A stretch of 64,000 nucleotides of DNA from the NCBI GenBank assembly GCA_004431415.1, contig QPMI01000271.1:45659-109658 (forward strand), in the 5' to 3' direction. The notes beneath the pieces were generated by a model. It was not told where the DNA came from, searched no databases, and saw only the letters and a program-made list of their open reading frames with translations. The position numbers and the translations under genes were made by a program. Below, piece by piece: positions 47,425 through 57,595 of this stretch. The DNA comes from Cyanophora paradoxa CCMP329 (lineage: Eukaryota > Plantae > Glaucophyta). Within the stretch, counting starts at the first letter, position 1. The number at the start of each line of letters is the position of its first letter.

Positions 47425-50006
47425 ATGGACGAACTCGGAGCCAGAGAGCTGCAGCGTTCGAGGAGAGATCCGCCGCGCGTGTATTCATCGCCATCGAAGA
47501 ATCGTCCTGCGCCCGCACCCTTGATCGGTTCCCAAGCGGACGTCGGCCGCCTCAACATCGAGGCATTCCTGTCCCGCGTCCTCGCCGCATCCTCTGCTGG
47601 CCGTGCAGCGCAGACTGCACAGTCGCCAGCGGCGGGGCCCCGACAGTCTGAGCCCCAGCAGCAACCCCAGGGCCATGCTTCGCGCCCGCGCCCCATCCAG
47701 TCTCCCGAATTCTCGGCTGGAGGTCTCACCGAAACGGAGGTTTCCCTCCTGAAAGCGACGGCCCCGGAGCTGAGCCCTATACACCCCGTGCGCCTCCCTT
47801 TCACATCACAGGCGATCAACTCGGGCTCGGCGGCCGCCGGTGCGGTCGCCGTCGCGGCTGCGGCGGCCGCAGCTGCGGCGGCGGTCGCGAACCCGCTCTC
47901 CGACGCGCTGCCTGCGCCCACGCCTGCGCGGACTATGGACACAGAGATCGCCCTTCTGCGCCAGATCCTGGCGTCGCAGACGCCCCGCCAGGCGCCCGCG
48001 CCGCCCCAGGTCCCGCCCAGCTCCCCCGCGCCCCCTGGCTGCCTGGGGGGCTCACCCCTCGCAGAGCTCGCTCTCGCACGCGCCGGAGTCGTCCCCGATA
48101 GCACAGCGGCAGACGACCCCACCGCGCCGGCCGCCTCCCGCCACGCCGCCGACAGCCTCGCCGGCGGCGAGCCTGCCGCCGCCGTACCCGTCGGCCACGC
48201 CGCACTTGAGGGAGCGCCCGCGGACGGGGGAGGTCCCCGGGGAGGTGGCGCGGGCGGGCGGGGCTGCCCCGTTGGCGACTCCGGGGCCGAGCGGGGCCGA
48301 GTTGGAGGCTCTGCGGGAGCGCACGCGGCTCGCGGAGACGGGCCGGGACTCCCTGCAGCGCGCCCTCCGCGTGCTCCAGGCCCGCCCCGCACAGCACCGC
48401 CCCGCCTGCCGGCGCTGGGCTCAGGGGCGCGCAGCAAGACCGGGACTCGCTGCGGCGCGAGCGGGACGAGGCGATTGAGGGGCGCCGCGCCGCCGAGGCC
48501 GCCAGCGAGCAGGTGCGGCGCCTCGGGAGCTCGAGAGGGCGCTGCGGGGGCCTAGGCCGCGCGGCAGGCGCGGAGGCAGGCGGCGGAGCGGGACGGGGAG
48601 CTGGCGGCCCTGCGCGAGGCCCTCGCCGCCACCCACGCCGACCTCCGCCGCGGTGCCGCCGCGCGCCCCGCGCCGCCCCGCCCCGCCCGGCCCCGGGCGA
48701 GGCGGGGCGCAGCGGGCGAGGCGCGGGAGGCGGGCGAGCGGGAGGCGCGCGGGCGGGAGGCGCAGCTCGACGAGCTGCGCGCGCAGCTCCAGGCGCGGCC
48801 CGCAGGCGCCCCGCCCCGCCGCCTCGCTGACGCCCCCCGCAGGCGTCGCGCGAGGCGCTGGCGAAGGAGGCGGCGGCGAGAGCGGCCGCAGAGGTGCCGC
48901 CCCGGCCTGCGTGGGCCGCCCTCCCCGGCTCCACCCGGCGTCGCGCAGCGCAAGGCGCGGGAGCACGAGGAGGCGGCGCGGGAGCGGGAAGGCGCGCGGG
49001 GCGCCCCGGGGCGCGGCTCGCGCGGGGTCACGGGGGCGCAGAGGCGCGGCGGCGGGAGGCGGCGGGGGCGGGGCGGAGGCGGAGAAGCTGCGGGGGAGCT
49101 GCGGAAGCGGCGGGCGCAGATCGAGGAGCTGACGGCGGCGCAGGAGGAGGTGCCGCCCCGGCAGAGGCGCCCCGCGTGCCGGCCGGGCTCGCTGAGGGGG
49201 GCAGCTGGGGGAGGAGTACGCGGGGGCACTGGAGCGGCTGCGGAGCGCCGACGCGGCGACGGGGCGGCGCTGCGCGAGCGCGAGGCGGCCGAGGCCCTCG
49301 CCGCCGCCCGCGCCCGCGAGCTCTCCTCCCTCCGCTCCCAGGCCGGCCCCCCGCCCCGCGCCGCCCGCCCCGCGCGAGCTGCGCGCAGCTCGCGGCGTGC
49401 GCGGCGGAGATCGCGGCGCTGGCGAAGCTCGTCGCCTCGGGGATCCGGGTGCGCGCGCCGCCGGGACGCCGCGGGGCCGGCGGGGCGGGCTGGGACGAGG
49501 CGGGGGCGCAGGGGAGCACCTCGACGCGAGTGTCCTCCTCTCCGACGCCAGCATGCTCCTCCTCCGCTGTCCGCCGCCCCGCCCCGGCCCCCGCCCCCGC
49601 CCCGCCCCGGCCCCCGCCCCCGAGCCCACGCCGCGCCCCCCGGCCCCCGCAGCGGAGAGCGGACGGCCCTCGGAGCGGGGTCTGGACCCGCGCCGGGCCC
49701 CGCACCACGACGGCGACGACGTCTCACCCCGCGCCCGGCGCACCGTCCTCGCCACCCCAGAGGCGCAGCCGCCCCCCGAGATGCAGGCGCGCCAGCCCGG
49801 GGCACCCGGGGCGGGGCCCCCGGTGCGCGCTGAGGCGCCCCGCAGGAGATCCAGCGGGACCTGAGCTCCATCCGGGAGGACATCCGCACGGCGCGCCCCC
49901 GCAGCTGCCCCCGCCTGCGCGCCCCGCGCGCGGGGCCCCGCGCCGGCATCGACGCACCCCGCAGGTGTACGCCTCGAAGCTGGGCGAGGACTGCAACGTC
50001 CAGTAG
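47425..50006 (+). CDS. CEP85-like coiled-coil protein (multi-exon)
   Basis: Low-complexity N-terminus, long Ala/Glu/Arg coiled coil, and C-terminus DLSSIREDIRT|VYASKLGEDCNVQ* resembling the CEP85/CEP85L tail as I recall it. Confidence 0.5.
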
Positions 50007-50863
50007 ACCCGCAGCTTACAGCCGTCCATTCGTTCGGATATGCGCGCGCATCGATAGGACGCGTGGGGGCGGACTAGTGCTAGCGCTCGCTGCGGACTAC
50101 GCGCAAATATACGCATGCGCAAGAGCTCAGCTGCTGCATATGCGCTGCGGACTAGCGCTGCGGAGGGTGCTGGGGAGCCCTTGAGGCTGGGGAGGGACAT
50201 CGACGCTCAACGCATGGGAAGCCCGTCCTCCCGCCCCCGCGCCCGCGCCCGCGCCGCGGCGCCCCGGCCGTGCCGGGGCGGCGCGCCTTCATCATGCGCG
50301 CGGCGAGCCTCGGAGGGTCCCGCGGCCGATTGCCGCCGCGGCCTGGCCATGGCGAGTCGACGTCGATCCTTCTGCGTCGACGTCGTAGCGGCGCCGGCGG
50401 GCCGCCGGCTTGCTACTTAAAAGTTGCTACCAGCGCTAGCTAGCTCGGATTTCCTCCGGATCTCGAGTTGCCTCTACCCCCATCGAGATCTCGAGAAAAA
50501 CGAGCAATGCGCGAGCGCTAGCGCTGAAAACCTGATCGACGAACTGCAAGGTCCACCACGCAACGCCGCGTCCACCAGAGGCCGCAAAGCAAAGAGCAAA
50601 GAGCGTGTCTTAAGCAGCAGCCGCAGCAAATAACCGACCGCATTCGCGATCCGCACGAGGGCGCTTTCGACACGAGTCGGAGCGGGACACCAATTTTTGC
50701 AACAACTGACGACGCAAGATTCTGCTGGAGAGCTGTGACATCAGAGCAGCGTCCAGCAGCGAGGAGAGAGCCAGCGCCAGCGCAGTGAGACATGACTTTC
50801 TAGGTTCGTTTCGAATGACGTCCCTCTCCCGCCTTCTGTGCCAGAGGGCCATCCTCTGCCTAG

Positions 50864-50930
50864 TTCTTGAGCTAGATGAGCGTCCTACGACGACGTATGC
50901 TTCTTGAGCTAGATGAGCGTCCTACGACGA
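50864..50930. repeat. 30-bp perfect direct duplication with a 7-bp spacer
   Basis: TTCTTGAGCTAGATGAGCGTCCTACGACGA at 50864-50893 and 50901-50930. Confidence 0.95.
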
Positions 50931-51024
50931 TGAGGACGAGACCGCATCGAGTTCCACAGGGGCAGCAGCTGCGACCCAGCCGAAACCAGGTGGACCCCTT
51001 GGAGTAGCAGCTGCGAGTGGGACC

Positions 51025-54000
51025 ATGCGCAGCGCTTCAGCCGCGCATACATCAGATGGAGCTCGGTGCGTCGTGTCTTCGTCCCTGGAGATCACAATCT
51101 TTCTTTTCTTGAGCATTATAGGATCGCCGCGCGGCAATGCGGCTCTCAAACAGCAATTTCATGCCATCGTGTTTCTGAATCTCCTTCGCGGTCTTGACGC
51201 GCCTCGCAGGACTAGTTCGGGGTCGGGGGCGGGACCCTCGGGCGTGTCAGCGCAACCGGGAGCAACGGCGGTGCCTGGAGCTATCCTCGTTCAGTTCCCA
51301 ACGGGCATAAGCGGCCCCGGAAGAGGAGTTCCTGGGCCGTCGGCAGCGGCGCCGGCCAACCAGACGTCACCGGCGGGAGGGCAGGGGCCCGGTTCGCTCC
51401 TGGGGCCGGCGAGGGTGGCGCACCCCGGGGCGGCGGCCTCTCCCTCGTCTCCGGCAGCGGGCCAGTCGCACGGGCAGCCTGTCGGCCACAGGGCGACGCC
51501 GTCGGGCGCCCAGGCGGGGGCGGCCCACGGGGGCCAGCCCCCCGCCGGCGGGCAGGCGGCCGCGACCTCGCCGTCGATGCAGCCGCAGGCGGCGGCGCAG
51601 CTGTCGCCGCAGGGGCTCCATCCGAGCGCCCCGCAGGGCGCCAAGCAGCGCTCGCCGGCGCTCCAGCCCGCGATGCACGCCGCCGGCGCCCCGATGCCGG
51701 CGCCGAGCGGGCGGCTGCCGCCGCAGCCGCCGCGGCAGGTCTCGCCGCAAGTCTCGCCGCGCATGACGGCCTCGTCCTTCGCCGTCCCAGCCGCGCCCAG
51801 CACCTCCGCCGTCGCCCGCGGTGCGCGCCGCCCGCCCGCCCCGGGGCCTCGGCGGTGGCGTGACGGGGCGGGCGGCAGCGCGGGCGGTGGAGCGGGGGAG
51901 CCCGTCGCTGGACTCGCCGGAGAGCGCGGTGGAGGACATGGAGGAGGAGCTCGTGCGGCGTCCCCCGCCGCCGCCCCCGCCGCCGCCCCGCGGGCTCACG
52001 CAGGGCGCGCAGCTCATCCCCAAGATCGAGCCCTCGGAGGGCCCCGCCCCGGGCTCCCTCAGGTCCCGCCCCCGCACCCGAGCCTGCCGCCCCGTCGCCA
52101 GCGCCGACGCGGCGGGCGGCAGCGAGCGGGAGGTTGAGGGACACGCCCCCGGGGGCCCCGCGCACGCCTCTCCCGCCCCGCGCCAGCCCGGCGGCAAGTC
52201 GGCCCTCGCAGTGGTCACCGGGACCGTGATCTCCTCCTCCCCGGTCTCCTTCCCGGGGGCGGCGAGCAGCCCGTCGACGCCCGTCGGCTCCCCGCTGGGC
52301 CCGAGCGCGCTCGAGTCGAGCGAGAGCAGCCCGGCGGGGGAGGGCCGCACCGACAAGCGCCGCCGCGACTCCCACAACGAGTTCGAGCGCCGCCGCCGCG
52401 ACCAGATCAACTCCAAGGCGCGCCCCGCCGCGCCGCCGCGCGCCGCCCGGGGGGTGGCTGAGGGTGGGACGGGGCAGCTGGCGGAGCTGAAGCACCTGGT
52501 GCCGTCCCTCTCGAACCTCGTCTCCAACAAGGCCACCGTCCTCTCCAAGGCCATCGACTACATCGCCCAGGCCCGCCCCCGCCCCCCGCACCCGCCCCCG
52601 CCCCCCGCCGAGGCGGCGCGCCGGGGGGCAGCTCTCGAACGAGAACACGCGGGCGAACTACCACATCCACCAGCTCTCAGCGGAGAACTCGAAGGCGATC
52701 GACGTGATCAACCAGCTCAACGACGAGAACTCCGAGCTCCGCGCCCAGATCGACACCCTCCGCGTCAACCTCTCCCAGCAGGCCCGTTCCCGCACCCCGC
52801 GCCCCGCCCCCCGCCCCGCACCCCTCACCGCCCGCGCAGCAGCAGAAGCACTCCGCGGCGGCGGCAGCGGCGGCGGTGGGGACGGCGGCGGCGGCGGGGG
52901 AGGGGCGGGAGGGGGGCGGGGGCGGGAAGCGTGCGCGGCGGGATGCGGGGGAGCAGCGGTCGTGCGTGCCGGACGAGGTCCTCAAGCAGTTCGTCGCGTC
53001 GACGCTGGCCCTCACCACGCGTTCCCTCGTCGTGTGCGACGCGACGCACCCCTCCTTCCCCATCATCTACGCCTCCCTCGGCTTCCAGCGTCCGCCCCGC
53101 CCCGCCCCGCCCCGCCCCGCCCGCCTCGCCGACGCTGGGGCCGCAGTGATGACGGGGTACGCGCAAGAGGAGGTGCTGGGGCGCAACTGCAACTTCCTGC
53201 AGGGGCGCAACACCTCGCCCCTGACCCGCAACGTCGTCCGCAACGCGCTGCGGGACAAGCAGGAGGTGCTCGTGGAGATCCTCAACTACAAGAAGGACGG
53301 CACGCCCTTCTGGAACCTCCTCTTCATCACGTGCGCCGCCCCCGCCGCCGGGGCTGGCGGGGGCCTGAGGCGGAGGGGCAGGCCGGTGCTGGACAGCTTC
53401 GGGCAGGCGATCTACTACATGGGCCTCCAGTTCGACATCACGGAGACCAAGTGCGTCTCCAAGGAGCAGCCGGCCCGCCTCGCCGAGTACCAGCACAACC
53501 CGTGCCCCCGCCCCGCCCCGCCCCCGCCCGCTCGAGCCTGAGCTTGCGCGGCGCAGGCGCGTGGAGACGGTGCCCGGGGAGGCGTCGGTGCTGTACGTGC
53601 CGAACGAGACGCTGAAGCACCTGATCGCAAGCGCGCTGCGGCTCATCATGCGCAACATCGCCATCACCGACCCCAAGCAGTCCGGCAACCCCATCATCTA
53701 CTGCACCCCGGGCCTCTGCCAGGCCCGCCCCCCGCCCCGCCCCGCCCCGCCCCTCGCGCCCCCGCCGAGGCGGGCGCAGATGACGGGGTACAGCAAGGAG
53801 GAGATCCTGGGGCGGAACGGCGGCTTCCTGCAGGGGCCGGGCTCGGACCCCGTCACGCGCTCGCAGATCGGCAAGGCGCTCCGCGAGTGCCGCGAGTGCC
53901 TCGCCGAGATGCTCAACTACAAGAAGGACGGCACGCCCTTCTGGAACCTCATGTTCATCACGTGCGCGCGGGCCGCGGCGGGCTGGTGGCTGGGGCCGGG

Positions 54001-54165
54001 GGCGAGGGGGCGGGGCCGGGGCGCAGGCCGGTGCTGGACACGTACGGGAAGCCGATGCTCTTCATCGGCGTCGAGTACGACATCACCGCCGTCCGCCCCG
54101 CCCCGCCCCGCCCCGCCCCCGCCCCCGGCCCGCCCCCGCTCACCCTCGCCACCCCGCAGAGGTAG
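51025..54165 (+). CDS. bHLH-leucine zipper-LOV-LOV protein; putative blue-light-sensing transcription factor (start codon uncertain)
   Basis: bHLH RRRDSHNEFERRRRDQINSK|LAELKHLVP...NKATVLSKAIDYI, then a ~7-heptad zipper. LOV1: PIIYASLGF..MTGY..EVLGRNCNFLQG...NYKKDGTPFWN...GLQFD. LOV2: PIIY..MTGY..EILGRNGGFLQG...NYKKDGTPFWN...GVEYD. Exons from the bHLH to the stop join in frame using GT/GC-AG introns. Confidence 0.88.
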
Positions 54166-55222
54166 CCCCCGCCCCGCCGCGGCCGGCGCCACGCTACCAG
54201 CCGGCGGCGCCCTCGTCCTGAAACCCAACTTTCCCGCTTTTGGAGTCGCCCCGGGGCCCGCTGCCCTGCATGCTTGAGAGAGACTTTTTCCCCACCAGAG
54301 GTCGGTCACTGAGACACGGAGTTTCAAAACGAATAGTTTTCAAGCTGCATAGTTTGCGTGTGATCGCATAGTGGAGGATGTCCCCTGATTTCTTGTTCGT
54401 TCACTTGTACGTACCACTTCAGTCTACTTTAAAAGTTTCGCGCAGTCCCTAGTTCGTACAGTCCCGATTCGGGAAGCGCAGTCCTTAGTTTAGCCTTGAT
54501 GCAGTGTCTCGGTGAGCCCGTGTGTACTTCGTGTATAGCACCCACTCGATCCCGGCTTGCCAAGTTGACAGAATTCGATGAGAGAATTTCAAGCAGTTTT
54601 CTTGCCCAGCCCCCCCCCCCCCCCCCCGCCCGCCCCCCGCCCCCTTCCGCTGCGCATGCCTCTCCCTGCATGGAGGCGGCCCATATGTGACTCCCCATTC
54701 CCTGCGGAACTCATGATCACTGCGCATATGAATGCATGTCACACGGGGAACAGTACCAGTCCCTGATCATGAGTCACACTGAGCCCCAGATCTAGACCTC
54801 TTGGACTCCGGGAACCAGAACTCGGAACTTCGGAACTGTACCCGCGGGCCCGGGGCGGATCCGGACTCGGGAGACCCACTGGCATGGCATGGGCCACTAG
54901 TACTGGCCGGGCCATGGGCAACAACCGTGAACAACATCAAGGAGTTTCACATGTACATCATGGCATCGCCCACCGTTTCAAACTGAACGGAGTTTGCGTC
55001 ACGCCCCGCCCATTGTTAACTTCTTCCGCCAATGAAATTAGCCCAGCGCAAACTTGAGCTCGAACTTGGCCTCGTACACAGTGGCGTACACACGCGGCCA
55101 CAACGGTCACAGTAACGGTCAGCAGGCCGGCTTGCTAGTCAGCTTCCCTCGGCTAGGCCGGACTAGCTAGCTTCCCGCCATCGCGCACGCCCGAGCGCGA
55201 GCATTCCTGCACGCCGCCGTGC

Positions 55223-57056
55223 ATGAAGCAGTCAAAGCGAAAGGAACCCAGCCTCTGGGATGACGGCTTCGACGAGGCCCGACGTCGGCACCGCTGGCAC
55301 GGCAAGCGACCCGACAGCAGCAGCTCGTGGGCCGGCAAGGGCAACATGAAGCGTGTCAACAAGATCACTCAGCAGGCGCGCAAGGCGAAGGAGCTCAGAC
55401 ACCCAGCTGTGTCCAGAACTCAGCGTCGTTCGCCCGAAGCCCTTCCATTTCCCGCGCCCAGGTGAAACGATTTTGGCGCGAGTCGAGGGCGAGTTCCCAA
55501 CACAGACGAAGGCGAAGCGCGGCGACTTCAACTACTCCGTCAACGGCGTCATCCTTCGGCGCTTCGTGCGCCCGGAGGACTCCGATGTGAAGGACTGCGG
55601 GCTCGGCAGCGTGATCATCAAGGCAGACGGGGAGCAGGCAGCCGTGGCCATCGCAAACCACCTCATCTACTACTCGAACGTGACGGTCCGCCCGCCGCGC
55701 CCGCGCCCCGTTCCAGCGTCCGATGCCCGTGCGCGCAGGTTCACGCACCCGCGAAGGTGGTGGCCGCGGACGAGTACAAAGCCCTCAACCACGCCGATCC
55801 CCACATCTACGTCTGTAAGCAAATCATGACGTTCCCGGGCGACGGCTCCTTCCAGTTCGACGTCGCCCTCGCCTTCAACGCGAGGCTCAAGCGAGTGGCG
55901 AAGAAGAAGATGGCGTGCTTCCTCCGGCCGCTGTCGAGGCCGGAGGAGCGCGTGGAGGCGATTGGCTACCTTCAGGACGCCGCCGCGAACGCCCTCAAGC
56001 GCCGGAAGACCGGGACGCAGCTTGTCAACGTCAAGATCCCGGTGGCCGGGCCGGCAATGTTGGTCTGCGGCTCTTATGACTCGTTCGAAGTTCTTTTTCC
56101 TATCCTCTAACGGTGCGCATCGCAGGAGAACATCGTGGCGCAGGTCGCGCACGTCGCCACGCCCATCGACCCGAAGACGGGCCAGCCGATCCCGGTTGAC
56201 AAGCTGCCGGCGGCGAATCGCTTCGTTATCGAGCTTCCGGACCGCGAGACCGCTGCTGGTGGAAGCCGCTTCCTTTTTCCCGCTCGCTGTTCTTTTTCCG
56301 ACCTCTTTGCAGCTGTTCTCGGTCCCTCCGGCGTGGCGCAAGCGTCCAAGCGCGTCTGCAAGCGGGACGCGGACGGGAAGGCGATCCGGAAGCACAGCGA
56401 GATGCAGACCGTCACCGTCGAGAAGGCGTACGGCGGCTTAATCGTGCCGCGCCACACGGGCTCCCATGACGTCGTCCAGTTCGACGAGCGTGCGCCCGGC
56501 CCGCCCTCGCCGCGCCGCTCGCTTACGAAGCTCTGCTCCTTGGGCGCGGCAGGTCCCGGTCGGATCGTGGCCACGAAGCGCTCGGGCAGGAAAGGTGGGC
56601 ACGTCACGCTCGAGCTTCCGAGCTACGAGTACGGCCCCGACGGCGAGCGCATCGCCAGCCTCGCGGGGCCCCTCGCGGCTGTCCCCGTGAAGCGCCCGCG
56701 CCGGTGCCGCGCCGGCGCCAACACCGTCGCCAAGGCGCCGCCTGTCCCCGAAGCAGCCCCTTCAGAACCTGCCGCCGCCGCCCTGCCGGCCCCCGCCGCC
56801 GCCGCCCTGCCGGCCCCCGCCGTCGCCGCCCCGCCGGCCCCCGCCGCCGCCGCCCTGCCGGCCGCCGCCGCCGCCGCCCCGCCCGCCCCCGCCCCGCCGG
56901 TCGCCGCCCTGTCGGCCCCTGCTGCTGCTGCCCCACCGGCCGCTGCCGCCCTACCTGCCCCCGCCGCATCCGCCTCGGTCCCCAAGTGCGCCCCCTCCCC
57001 CTCGCCCCCCGCTCGGCTACTTGCTCGCCTAATCCTGCAGCAGGAAGGATCGCTAA
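55223..57056 (+). CDS. Orphan multi-exon protein with an Ala/Pro tandem-repeat tail
   Basis: Successive exon ORFs (MKQSKRK.., GETILARVEG.., VVAADEYK.., ENIVAQVAHV.., PGRIVATKR..) separated by short GT-AG introns; no motif recognised. Confidence 0.6.
56771..56970 (+). repeat. Coding 24-bp minisatellite (AAAALPAP-like units)
   Basis: GCCGCCGCCGCCCTGCCGGCCCCC repeated several times with variants. Confidence 0.8.
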
Positions 57057-57595
57057 GTTAATTACCACTATTAAGTTACCTCTCAGAGTCTCCGACGGTG
57101 ATCATGCCATGCCATGATGATGAGCATCGGATCATGATCATGAGCATATAAGCCGGGCGGGCCTCAGGCCCTGAGGCCTGCCGCAGTGCCTCTGGGCGGC
57201 TCGGCGAGGCTGACCATGAGCCGCAGGGCCTCAGGGCCTCGCGAAGCCACTGCCAGCCTGGCCGCAGGCTGACTCGGTCGCAGTGCCACCGTGGCACGGT
57301 GGCTTTTGAGCCTCAGATGGTGCGCGTGCATCATCACTGAGTCATGGCATGCCTTAGTGGTCGACGGGAGGGGCCCGGGGACCGGGTGTTTCAAGATTGG
57401 GGCTTTACTCGTCACTGCTAGCTGGGTTCACTGTTCGACGGTTCACCAAGTGAACTCGAACTTTTCTTTCTCCCTTGAACGCCCCAACTACATGGCGATT
57501 TGTCGTTCACCGTTGTTTCTCATCACGACAGCTGCCTCGGAGGCGAAGCGACGGGTTTACAATCGAGGGGGGTGCGGGGTCGGCGGGGCGGCCCG

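Noticed and set aside
54920-57517. Imperfect inverted repeat (AACAACCGTGAACAACA / TGTCGTTCACCGTTGTT) around the orphan gene
   Set aside because: Short and mismatched, with no TSD; the right copy falls in the probable TIMELESS 3' UTR.
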